The notes under the pieces were generated by a model. The model was not told the DNA's origin, did not search any database, and saw nothing but the letters and a program-made list of their open reading frames with translations. The position numbers were made by a program, and so were the translations under genes. A stretch of 64,000 nt of DNA, from the NCBI RefSeq assembly GCF_006345805.1, contig NC_042998.1, positions 40,920,001 to 40,984,000 of the forward strand. Direction: 5' to 3'. Shown here piece after piece: positions 25,942-38,545 of the stretch (the stretch's first letter is position 1; every line of letters starts with the position of its first letter). Source of the stretch: Octopus sinensis (taxonomy: Eukaryota).

Positions 25942-26056
25942 AGATTTGGCTGCTATTTCTAGCATGCTCTGCTAACACGTAACAGCTATTTGCGATAAAG
26001 GACCCGAAATACCTGTTATGTGATAGCAGGGCGTGCAAGAAATAGCAGCCAAATCT
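25942..26056. repeat. 115-bp imperfect inverted repeat (MITE-like hairpin)
   Basis: 44-bp arms (AGATTTGGCTGCTATTTCT... / ...AGAAATAGCAGCCAAATCT) with 5 differences and a 27-nt loop. Confidence 0.85.
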
Positions 26057-28149
26057 ATCCAACCCACAAAACAAAACTCTGTTGCTGGGAAACTCAGAGT
26101 TTCCTGGTGACCTAACAGGTCACGGGTAGTCTAGTTACTTATACATGTTTCTTCTTTTCTGTGAATGAAATATGTTACCTTTCTTGAATTTATTTTTATG
26201 TTCATTCAAGTCTTCTCAGTCTGATTTTTTAAAATTTCTTTATTCACATCTTTCCTTGACTTTGTAGGGATGTATATTTTTCATAGTTAATAATTTGTAA
26301 AACTTATTAGCACATTTGCTTTTTAATTAATATTTCTATGTATTTTTCCTATCACTTTTTGTGATTTTGTTTTTTGCTTTATTGACAGTATGTTGGTTTT
26401 ATCTCTTGGGATTATGCTTTAATGAAGAGTTTATATCAATCACATATATATTTATGTGTATACTGTGTTCTCGTAGGGTATTTCTGTATTCTTTTCAAGT
26501 AATCTCATCAATCTGTGGTTCACATTCATCACCTAGTTCTCTTCTAGTACCAAATAAGTTATTTGCATACATGGTAGTCAGTTGCAATATTGTGAATGAA
26601 AAGAATACAACAAAGCACAGAAGACATTGTCTACCATAGCCAAAGTAGTTTCAGCTGCTGTAATTCTGCATCCATTGACACTGACTTTTAAGGCTGAGAG
26701 AGAGTGAAATTGCTTTTGTAAAGCTATCATTTTGTAAACTTTCTCTCACAGGTTTCTGTGCAGCATGATTGCTTCTTTGGGATTGAGATAATCAGATTGA
26801 ATCTGATTAATTAATTCTTTAAAGACTTGTGATGTGGTATTAACAAAAGTACCATGTGAAGATGATTACTTGCAACTGCAGCTGAATTTGCATGAGGTTG
26901 AGTGTGGGTGGGTGGTGGTTGCTCATGATTGTCCAACTTTGTACAAGGAACTATATAGGCATTCCTGAAATTGCAGAGTTTCATAACAATATCGTCTTTG
27001 ATATAAAAGGGAATATCAACAATAAGCCACTTCGTAATTGACTCACCTACTAGAAATAACCAAATCTCCCTAAAATTACACCTTACTGTATTCAAATAGG
27101 AGAGTACATACATTGGAAGGCAGTAGTCACAGCTGCAAAATCTTTGGTCATAGGTTTATTTGTTCTGGACCAAACTGGGGCTAAATAACAATGTGTATAT
27201 ATGTATTTGTGTTGCATTTAGTATGCCATTAGTTTTCTACTTACATCTGAAATAGTTTACTTTTTTGTGACCTATTTCGATTTGGTATGTATTTTATGAA
27301 ATTTTTATTTTCATATTTTCTGTTATCACTCCCTGATAATTTTGTTTGCTTTAAAGTACTGGATCACATCCTTATATGATGCTGTCTGATGTTTCAGTGT
27401 GTGCTGGTTTGACCTTTCTGTGGAAGCTTTATAACTTATGAGTCACTTAATTGATGTGGGAGACAGAAAGGTATTGTCTACATCTTGCAAATGTCCACTT
27501 GAAACAAACTGCATCATTTGGGTAAACATAATTAACTAACAAAGAAGAATTGCATCATCTTATTGATTTGAACTTTCAAAGTGATATGTATAGTAGAGAT
27601 TTTGTAAAGTATAGTCAGATATTTTCTTTTTGTAAGAAGCTTTTTTTTCTTAAAAAAAAAACAAAAAAAAACCCAAATGTCAGCTGAATATGAAAAATTT
27701 GTAAACATTATGAAAGGTATTTTGTTTTTGTATTTTATTTGCATGAAGAATGAATAAGTTATTTGAACTCTATGGTTTCACCTATATATGTCTCTCTTTC
27801 TTGATTATTTGAATTCTTTCTCTAAGGGAAAAGGCAGTTTCTAACAAAGAAGCAAAGCTCAATTCCTAGAATTTAGATGTCAAAAATGATAGGTGATACA
27901 TGTTGAATTTTTTATCTGGTCACTTTTTTTTCTATCTGAAAACATTATCTTTTTGAGATTGTCATTTAGCTATTAACTAACATAGCATGGTACTCCAATA
28001 ATTCTCAATATAAATGTGAATCCTTAACCTGAACAGAGAAGCTTTAGATTTCAAAGCAGCTGTTGATAAATATCCTCATTTTCACTTATTTTCATTGAAA
28101 TGCTTATATCTGAAGGACAATAAAGTTTTATGAAGACTATTCTTGAATC

Positions 28150-28760
28150 AGATAATGAATGACATCTGTCCTTCAATGCTACTTGTAGCGCAATCAAGTT
28201 TTTCATCAGGAAGAGGTACTATGGAGATGATGTTCTTTGCAAAACAACTTAAAGAAAAAATGTATTGATTTTGCAGGTGCCTTTTCATCAGGTCTTTGTT
28301 AACATTACAAATGTCTTTGATACCATCCACAGGAGAAGCACTGTGGGAAATTCATGGAAGTTGGGCTGTCTGCTAAAATGTAGCTAATGTTGAAGGAATT
28401 ATGATAATATGAAGGCTCAGATCACATTCAGCCAACATCTTTCAGATAAAAATGCTATAAACAGAGGAGTTAAACAGGCTGATATCCTAGCTTCTAATCT
28501 ATTTTCAATATATTTTGTTATGATCCTCATTTTTTTCAAGAATGGGTTGTTGGTATCCATCTAATGTTAGAACAACAGGAAGGTCTTCAACTTGAAAAGG
28601 TTACACTGCAAGTCAAATAATTGAAAACTTTTAAGAACTGCTTTATATAGATGTCGATTTTGTTAGTTATATTGGCATGCAGCTTATAATCAGTTGAGTT
28701 TTGGTTGCATGTGTTGCATTTGGACTCAGAATAAACATGGAGAAAGTAAGGGTGATTGAA
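28150..28760 (+). mobile_element. Decayed RTE-BovB-like RT fragment
   Basis: QSSFSSGRGTMEMMFFAKQLKEK, RGVKQADILASNLFSIYF, RTTGRSFNLKRL, AFGLRINMEK. Confidence 0.7.
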
Positions 28761-29133
28761 AATTAAATTTTAAAATATTTTTATCTAAAAAGACATGCAT
28801 ATTTATATTAATGTACTTAAAATAGATAGTTTATTCTGTAGTTCAATTTATTTATTCTTTCAAAAACTGAACTTTTTCAAAGGCTAAATTTCACTTAACT
28901 GAGGATATTAACATCATAACCATCCAAATGCTGGCTTAAATATCCCAAGCCATAAAATGAAAACCCAGGACAAGGTGTGATATTACAATTCATGTTTACA
29001 GCTATTCAATTGATATAATTATCTGCAACTAACTGAGAGACTACCAATTTGGCTTCATAAAATATAAAATAAATGAACTGTGAATTAAATAACAAAATAG
29101 GCTCTTAGGATTTCTTTATTTTGAAAAATATAC

Positions 29134-29370
29134 CATCATCATCATCATCATACGTTTGTTGTCCATGCTGGCATGGGTTGGATGGTCTGACCAGAGCTGG
29201 CAAACTGGAAAGCTGCACCAAGTTTCAGTCTGATTTGCCATGGTGTCTATGGCTGGATGCCCTTCCTAATGCCAACAACTTTATAAAGTGTGCTGGGTGC
29301 TTTTACATGTGTTTTTACAAGTGCTTTTACGTGGCACTGGCATTAGTGCTTTTAATGTGGCACCTGCACA
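29134..29370 (-). mobile_element. RTE-type 3' tail fragment
   Basis: (CAT)n CGTTTG..CCATGCTGGCATGGGTTGGA..GGCTGGATGCCCTTCCTAATGCCAAC. Confidence 0.7.
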
Positions 29371-29569
29371 GGAATCTTGCAGGACCTTGCATACTAGTGT
29401 ATGAAAAGTGCATATGTATGTATGTATGTATGTAAGCAAGCAAGCGAACGAGCAATTTTATTATTGTTCATAGCAACACTGACATGGAAAGATACTGGTT
29501 ATAGTTTGACCAGTGAAGAGTACTTAATTAACTTTTATCAAAATGCAAATGCATAATTTTATCCATGAA

Positions 29570-29925
29570 AATTTTCCAATTGTAGTCAGTCTCTGGCTTG
29601 TGTGGGTTGCTGTTGGAAAGTCACATGTGGCAGTAAAATTCAATTCTTTGCCATACTTCCACAATGAGTTAGAGGTGATCGTAGCAGAATTTCTACAACA
29701 TTGCCAGCCTCATTCCCTGATTGAAATCCCATGGATTACTATGTGTGAGGTGCAGTTGAGAAAGACACCAGCTGCTCTGCTTCCAACACCAAGGCTGATC
29801 TGGTGGCCAAGATCAACAAAGTGTTCAACGATCTTTCCAGGGACACTGAGGAATGCATGCGCCAGGATCCAGAGCCATCTTGAGACTGTTTTGGAAGCTG
29901 AGAGCAGTTAGAGTAAACTTAACTT
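29570..29925 (+). mobile_element. maT/DD37D-like transposase C-terminal relic (different subfamily)
   Basis: PD*NPMDYYV*GAVEKDT..KADLVAKI and RNACARIQSHLETVLEAE. Confidence 0.7.
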
Positions 29926-32539
29926 CCAGGCATAATCTGATATTTTGGGATTTTTTCTTGAATACTTTTACCTTTGTATGGGATATTATGCTTTCTTTTC
30001 CTTTTATGCAAACTGCTAAATTTAGCCTGAGCACTATGAATGTATGAATGGATGGTGGCCTTGAGGCTAAGAATCTAAGAACATTATACATCTTATTTAA
30101 GGTTAATATGATTATTAAAATATCAAACCCTATAGTGGTTTTAAAGTTTGCATGTATGTGGAGGTGTGTGTGTGTGCATGTGTATACAGACATTTTTGGA
30201 GTGTTCATTTTTAATATCTTTATACTATAATTTTTATTTTATCACTTTTTTCACCTTTTTAATATTTTAGTAGTTTGGCAAAATGATTTATTGAATGCAA
30301 AGTAATTTATTCTTAGGGACCTTCTATCTTGTTGAATGGCAATACCTTGAGTAGCATTATCGATCAAGTCTTAATCACAAGAAACAGAGGAAAATAAAAT
30401 TAAGTACAAGGCATATAAACTTCCAGTACTCATGTTTTTGTTGGTTGCATTATCAAATCTAGTTGTCTACTGAAACTCATGTTCATATCAATATAGTTTG
30501 GGTATTAATGTCCTACAGGATACATTTAAAATGTATATAATTTGGTTTTGCTTTTGGTTAACAAATAAGGTCTCTTCTCTCTCCATCAGGGATTTTTACA
30601 GGTTATAGTACTTTGCCTGTATACTCTATTTTGTTTATCACCTACTGGATAAATGAAGTATAACAACATTGCTTTGATTGCATACACTAAAGCATGGCAA
30701 TTCTAACATTGATTAACTGCTTTACTAGCCCTATACAAATTTTGTGGAGGTGGCATTATAATAATTGCACAATGGTAGAAGTTCTCCCTTAATGTGCAGC
30801 AATAATACTAAATTGTTACTGCATGAAGAAGCTTTTTTTATCAAGAATTTTACAAGCTTAATTCTTTTGAGCTATGTTCTATCACTGAAAATGTGAAGCA
30901 AAATGCTAGGTATATTTATGAAAATAAGATACAAGACTGTCAGCTTGAATACAACTCTATCATCATGGAGAACAGTTAATATATTACAACATTATATTAT
31001 GCAGCTGACAAGGACTTGCATTTTATATTTTTGTATAGGGGCCTAAGGTTACTCAGAATAATTTGAAGCCGCAGCTTGTATATATTCATTTGTGACTGAT
31101 TTTGCTAAAAGCATTTTTGCCACTCTTATATGTTTATATCTACTATAAATAATCTGCAGCAGAAATGACATTTATAGAAAATTTGGGCAAGCATCTTATT
31201 CAAATTTTACGAGATTCTTTTATAATTAACACAATTGCTCCTTTTGGTAAAGATAAAGCTGTATTTCCATTAATAAAGTATTGGGATATAAGCATTCCTT
31301 AGAGACTACCATTAGTTGTAGCATGCCTGGAAGTTAGTGTTTTTCATTCAGTTACTGCTATCGTTTTTCAGCACATTTGCTGTGATCCTATGTCATTCTA
31401 AAGAGTTGTATTTGAGATGACATATGGTATAGCAGGTATTGTAATATTGTGAGGTATAACTGAACAGTTAATGATATTAGGCAATGTATTCAAGTCAGGC
31501 AGCTATTTACGTGACTGAGATGCAGATAAGATAGAATCTGGTCATAACCTGAATGCAGATTTTCCTCATAAAAATGTGTAACTATTCTTTCTTGTGTATT
31601 TGTTGCCAATATGTGTCATGTCTCACTGACAACAACCATGTAAATACTAAAATTAGTAAGTTTGGAATTAAACTGCTGACTTTCCAAGTACTTTGACTCA
31701 TATATGATACTAGAAGAGTGATCATTTTAACATTCTACTGGAATGAATTAGCATAATTACTAAGTTGTGCTTACTCCACTGGATTCTAATCTATTTCTCA
31801 AATAAATATACAATTTTTATCTAACACAGAGTTTGGGGCACCTGAATGCTTATAAGTTTGTGCCAATAACCAATATGTATTCTTTGAGTCTTAACAATAA
31901 CTTAAATGCATAATAATATCAGAGCATGATAGCAATCAAAAGAAGAGTTGCTTTTCCATCATCCTGAGAATGTTAACTGACTTAGTAAATAGAAAAAGCT
32001 AATACTTGTTACTATCATTTTTTTGTACAAGGCTACTAATGACTTGTGCTATATTTGCTATCATAACAGCTGCCATTTTCTTCTGCGAAAATTTAAAATT
32101 CTACAAAACAAATGCATTTTTTCTCATAGTAAGTAGCTGCATTATTGTACTAGTCAATTCATCAAGCTTTTTTTACTAACATAATGTACACCTTGATATA
32201 ATGCAATATATTTTGGACTTGAATGTGTTATTCTTAAAATTGATTTATGCTGGTTAGGATTTCAATAGAATATTTTTCTGTAATGTTTGTTTGTAGCTAT
32301 TTTTTTAAAGCAGATATGGCAATTCTGTCTGTGGTCACAACTTGAAGAATCTTCAAGATAAAAAAGAAATAAAAATAAGAATCAGTTGATAAACAATCAA
32401 CACTGCTTCAGTTTTAATTAAAACTGTATTGTACTGGAGGTATTGTTTTGACAAGCTAATAGCAAGGACAGATATGTCTATAGACCAAAGACAAGATTGT
32501 TAGCTGTAGTAGCTAATTAAATGACATTAGTGCTAAATA

Positions 32540-32850
32540 TGTAACATGCGATATAGCTTTGTGCCTTGGGTTTGACAAAGTAAAAGCTTGGGGAACTCCT
32601 AATTTTGTTGGTAATAAAGGGCCTCTCTTTATGAAAAGGAAACTATATGTGTGTATAAGAAATGTGATGCTGTGAGCTATTGAAACATGAGATGCAATAC
32701 AGCTGCATGAAAGAAATTGAGAATGGTATAGATGTATGATGTTAATGAATGAAAAAGATGGAATGCAAGGAAAATTACTAAAGGAACTGAGCATCAGTGA
32801 TATGGCTGATATGTGCAGAAAAAAAATGAAAGCACAAGATGTTGTATAAC
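32540..32850 (+). mobile_element. Decayed RTE ORF C-terminal fragment
   Basis: ELLILLVIKGLSL*KG / KLYVCIRNVML*AIET* parallels ELLPLLVTKGLSLRVKGRLYDACVRTAMLHGSETW in the intact ORF. Confidence 0.6.
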
Positions 32851-34349
32851 TATAGGTCAGCTGTGATTGAGCAGTTAAAAGCCTTCCACTCATGGTCATT
32901 CCATCTTTTGTACACATAAAACATTGTTTAATGTGTTTTTCTATTTTTAAAATGGCACAGTGTGATCTAAGGATTATTTAATTGCTTTTGCTATCAGGCC
33001 ATTCAGCTGTGTTAAGACTCCTGATGAAAGGTATTTGCAATAAAAGTGAAATCAAGCAAAATTTCTGGGGTGAGAGTTGCACAGAGTATAAACCTTTGGG
33101 TTTATAAATGAAATGACACGGGATGTGGACACATTGAGGGAAACTGTATCCAGAGCTGTTCCATCCAAGTCAATAACTATGAAAAATAATTCTCATCACT
33201 ATAACTGAAAAATATCAGCTTCACTAATTTTCTTTAAATGATCAGAAAGGTATCTAGTTATTCTTTCCTATTTTGTTGTTAATTAAATGTTTATATGTTA
33301 TTGCTAAACAAAGTACCAGGTCTTAAGTTCAAATAATTATTTACAGTGTACAATTAGACCTAAATTGTCTATTCAAGAACAATTATTATATCGAATAAAT
33401 GAGTCTGCTCACCCTCCTAACTGAGATCAGGCCCCCAAATGCAAACCCCATTCTTTGCCACAAACTAGTCTCATGTTGTAGTTGGACACTCTGCCAGGGC
33501 CCTCTCCATCCAGTTCTCGATACCATCACTCCATCTTCGTCTTTGATACCCAAGAGCCCTTTTCCTATTCACTCAGTCTATGAGGATGTGGACACAGGTT
33601 CTGGGCTCTGATAACATGGGCAAAAAATTGCAGTTTTCACCATCTGATCATTGTTTAGTTTTGCTCTGGTCCTGTCTCTTCCAGGAATGAATTTTTTTTT
33701 GTACAGGCCACTCAACTGATATGGAGCACTCACATACATCATGTCATCTTGAATGCCTTCAATCACTTGGTGATAGTCACCCTTAGGTTCCAAGCTTCAC
33801 TCCCATACAGTGTTAACACTGCAGAAAATAATCTTCAAATCTTTTGAGAGCATAAACAGGACAGCTGATGAGAGTTATCTACATGTCCATATGTTAAATT
33901 AGCAGAACAACTAAATATGTAGTTAATATTATTTACTGTGACTTACAATTCTTTCTATTTACAAAATCTGCTTAGAGCATTAAGAAAGGTTTTTAAGGAT
34001 GTTATTAATATAAATATTGCATCTACTTCTAATTTTGCTTCTAGTCAACTGGTCTTTTTTGAAAATATGTTTTATTATAGTATTTTTGATGCACATTAAA
34101 GATGGAATATTAATCTGAATTTTGGGTTTTTACTTTCTGACTTGGATTTACAGATATTGTATTAGTGAAAGAAAACTGACTGAAAATATTTAAACATGCA
34201 CACCCAAAATCTAAAGTTGGTGTGTTCTTAGATGCTTCAAAGAGGAATAATAAGTCTTAGTATTTATCTAGGGTATATAATTCAAATTTATCATAGATAG
34301 GAATGGGACTTGTTCCTATTTACAAAAATAGTTGTATGTGTTTATTTGG

Positions 34350-35577
34350 ATATTTTTTTTTTGAGGTCATTTGTATGAATTTAGAAAATGACTCATTGCT
34401 CACCAAAGAAAAGCTGTATTGGGAAACAAATTGGTACAGATAATCTTGAAAATCCTTTTACCATTCCTATTCAATGAATCCACTGTTAGCATTAATGGTT
34501 GCATCTATACAGGGTCAGAAGCATTGACATGCCCAAATCAGATAAACTTTATCAATTTGGGACATAGTGCTGGTTATGGCAACTTGTCAGATTGTGTAGT
34601 GTTATGGGGGTGTTTATTGACCTCTCTCTCAACTACACCCCGTATGTAATAATCCAGTGAAATGCTGTCTGGTGAGCTAGGAGAACATGATCATGGAGAT
34701 TGGCACACATCTCTACTTGGGTTGTTTTAGACTTCTGAGATGGTACTGATTCTTGTTGGAAGGTGTACAGTATTCTCTTATGTACTCAGTCTATCCAGGG
34801 CCTCACAACTTTGTCCAACACCTCTGTGTAGACAGAGGCATTGACTCTTATTAATCCCTGTGTAAAAAATGAGGAGATATAACATCTCCCTTATTGCTGA
34901 CAACTCTCAGAACCATAACAGTTGCTGGGAACTTGGTTGCGCAGAGACATGGATGAGGTTCCAATGGTCATGCATACTATCTGTTGTTTCTTCCATTTAC
35001 CTTTTGGTCCTGATTGAAGGTCCCCCCTCCCCATCAGAGAAAAACCAAAGCATTCAGCTCTTTGGTGTTTTAACTTGTTTAGCAAGTACTTTACATGGAT
35101 TAAATAATTCTCTCTTGTTGCATCCCAACATAAACTGACCCCTCCACATCATATATCATTTGTACTAGATGTCCTCATGCACAACTCTTCTGATGGTGCT
35201 TTCTAAAAGACCTTAAGGTCCTTTGCAATAGCTCTGATTGACTTTCTGGGGTTTTTATTGATTATTTCTTGGACTTTTTGTACAAAGTCATGTGTTCTAA
35301 TGGTAGTAGACCCTTTGCATGCATTTTGCATTTAGCCACTGATTTTGGATCCTTGTGGGCAGCTTCCATTTCCTTCAAACTTTAACAATGAAGGATCAGG
35401 CAACTTTCAGGAATCAAACTATCTCTGTATCACTAAGCTGCACTTATAAGGCAATGATTACAGTGTGCCATTCGATTTGCTAAGTCACTCTGATGTCTGA
35501 CATTATTTGTCTGAAAAATAAGGTGGAAAAAAAAGTTAGGAGAAAGAGGCGTCCTTAAAAAACTGGTGCACCCTGTA
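34350..35577 (-). mobile_element. Near full-length (about 1.2 kb) decayed maT/DD37D-like mariner element
   Basis: 5' TIR TA-CAGGGTGCACCAGTTTTTTAAGGAC (ends at 35577). The pseudo-ORF runs MSDIRVT..KSIRAIAKDL..RGQFM..FSD..TKFPATVMVL..FQQES..SSPDSISLDYY..EVNKHPHN. The 3' TIR is degraded. Confidence 0.85.
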
Positions 35578-36825
35578 TTTTGATTCTTAACAAATTATGA
35601 AGGAAACTACAGTTATTTAAATTTATCCTAGCATCTGACTGACATTTATTTTACTGACTCCAGAAGGATGAAAATTCAGCTTATGTCCCAAGCAACTCTT
35701 AATGAGAGAACCATTATAAGGCCATTTTTCATATCAACATATAATGATTTATTTTTTATTCAAGTACTGTCAGCAGTACTCAGTGTTGCTTGGCTTTATA
35801 GAAAGTATCAGAAAAAGTCATCTAGCCTATGACTTTATTCTTAAAGATGTGCCCCAATCCAAAGCTTCAGGTACTTAGGTGCAAAGCAGTGAGCTACAAT
35901 GTGGCACATCCAAACACACACACACATTTATGTGCACCTAAATGTACGTATACACTAATTCATTCACATATCTACAAACCTCATGCACACATAAAATACC
36001 CATAGTATTACACACAAAGGAGTATTATTTGGTAACATCTACAACATTTTTGGTGCCTGTCTAATTGAGAGTAGGCAATCCTCTCTCAGCTCATTGACCC
36101 TTGACCTAGCTGAACATGGATGTGATAGTTGGAGAGAGAGAAAGAGAGAGGGTTTCACCAACATTTTGATGGTACTCATTTTCAACTGAGTAAACTGAAG
36201 AAATATGAAATAAATTTCCTTGCTCATACATCATGCTTGCATGTTTGTTATGTATACATACATGCATGGAGTGTTAGTGGGAATAATTTAAATTCTTGTT
36301 ATGAGTGCAATCTTACCAACAACACAGCCTATCAATTCTGTTTCTTCAATCAGATATATTAGTTGTTTGACTACCAACCTTGTGTCATTACACAAATGTA
36401 GAACATCTAATTTCCTCACCACAAGTAGTTTTGGGCTGTTGAGAAATACATTAGTATACTTTACAGTTTGTTTGGGATGTAAAACAATGTCTATTGAAAT
36501 GTAGATAAATTCATCTTTATGTAATTATTGAAGAATTTGATCATTGATCATCTGAACAGCTTCACTAATTGATGTAAATATTGCTTTTTCACAGAGCCAT
36601 TTTTAAGTGTGGTAATTATGTTGAATGTTGAGAATTGTTTTTTAGTTGGTCAGCTGTTGACCAATCACTAACGTCAGCCACAGATAGTCCCATTTTGATC
36701 AGGTACAACAGTTTCCTCTCTAAGTTCCAAAAGGTTTTATGCTTGTTTCTAGTTTCAGTTTCTTAATTTTTTTTTTATCTAGTTTCAGCTCACGAGCTGT
36801 GGCCATGCTGGGGCACCGCCATTAT

Positions 36826-37840
36826 GCAATTTTTAAATGTAATGATTTCAAGCAATTTTTGGTTTGCTCAGTTTTTGTCCCCTTGAGAATGACTGAAAAT
36901 ATCTGACAAATGACCTCTTCTGAGACTCTGCCAAAAGGAGAATTTATTCCCATAATATCCCTTACAGTGTGATCCAAAGCCTTAAAAGTAATTTTATAGG
37001 ACACAGCTCACTCTACCTTGTTATCAAACACTGTTTTAGCACTTCTGTTACACCTACTAACGTTGTATTGTATCATCAATAGTGCAGTTTAACAGTAGTT
37101 TGAATGCATTGTGAACTGTTTTGCATCCAGACAGTATGACAAGAATACCTGAAGATGCAACTGCCATGGCAATTTTCCTCGTGTTTACTTCAACCAGAAG
37201 TAGTTTTATTAAAAAAGATTGTTCTTGTTCCTCCAGGTGCATCACGATAGAATATTTCACACATCTTGATCTGAATATGGCCATCAGTTGCTTAAAATGT
37301 TGTTCTGATTATCAAGTAGCTTAGCTTTGCATTTAACCATCTATTAAACTAGTATCTTAATGGAGATCACATTGAACTTGGTCTGGCTACTATAAAACAG
37401 ACCATATTTATGCAGTTTGTTTCCACCCATTGCCAAAATTTTGTAATCAGTATCCATGAGATCTCTTAATATAATATTCCTAGAATGAATGACAATCCTA
37501 ATATCATGTTGCTGTAATTGGTGTTAATAAACATTAGACAATACTCTACAGGTCATTGGAAGATGACAGTTCGCATATTTTCAGTGAAACTGCAAAGAAG
37601 CCTTGCAGTTTTGTAAGTGATTATGAACCAACTGCTTCCATCATTGTTGCTTCTCACTGACCGTTATTTTGTATATAGCACAAATGCAACTGTCTGAAGC
37701 TGATGAAGTGATTTTGTTCCTCTAACATCATGTTGGATATCCTTAAGTAGAAATATCCCTGCTGATTGGGAATGAATAGCATAGGCACTTCCCAAAGTGT
37801 AATCAACTGTAATATACCTATAACCTTCAATGGGAACATC
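36826..37840 (-). mobile_element. Helitron Rep/Hel relic (pre-helicase and PIF1 helicase motifs)
   Basis: TLGSAYAIH..DVRGTKSLHQLQTV; DAPGGTRT (Walker A remnant); RKIAMAVASSGI..HNAFKL; FKALDHTVRDIMGINSPFG..KNCLKS. Confidence 0.8.
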
Positions 37841-37995
37841 TTTTTTCCTCTGAACTATTTATTTTGTTCTAGGTATTAAAAAACAATAAAATGTTGCATA
37901 TTTAGGGTCTCTTAAAGGTTGAGCTTATGGTATTGCATTTGTAACATGTTACTAATAAATAAATAAATAAATTATATATGTATGTATGTTATGTC

Positions 37996-38545
37996 AAGTC
38001 ACTTTCAAGTGCTACTGGTAACATGTAACCCAGTACAACCTGTTGCATGGTCGGGTCGTCGGCGACTAAACCGGCAACCCCACCAAGCTTGCTTGGTGAG
38101 GAAGGTGTTTATTGGACACCCTGCGGGATGAAAAACAAAACCCGTCAAAGGGCGGAGGAACTCTTGAGAGTCAACAGCCATCCAATAAATGTTTTAAGGC
38201 TGTATCATGCGCGGGGACATAGAAATAATTGGACTGAATACCCAATCGCGTGGTTAAACCATTGGGAGTGAAGGACTCCTAGCCTTTGTTTGGGCATCCT
38301 TCTAGGAGAAGGTAACTCAGGTAACTGGGATAACTCCAACATAAACCTGCAGCTCAGTGGTTACCGATGATGTTGACTTGTTCTTCTTTTCGGATTATGG
38401 CTGCTGTTGCTTAGTGAGTGGGATTGACTCAGTGCACAGCCTTTCCTCCCTTTAAAAAAGAATCTTCTTGCACAGGCATTGCATGATAACAACATTGATT
38501 AAGCTTCATGCAATGGCCATACTCGATAACGAGGGGGCAGCCACC
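37996..38545 (+). other. CpG-retaining, hairpin-rich interspersed element resembling an RTE-clade 5' UTR, inside a (TATG)n tract
   Basis: Several short hairpins; motifs CGTCGGCGACTAAA and TCTAGGAGAAGGTAACTC; (TATG)n on both sides. The family assignment is from recalled motifs only. Confidence 0.4.

Noticed and set aside
38000-38460. Hammerhead ribozyme or retrozyme
   Set aside because: No intact CTGANGA plus GAAA core in a workable arrangement on either strand.
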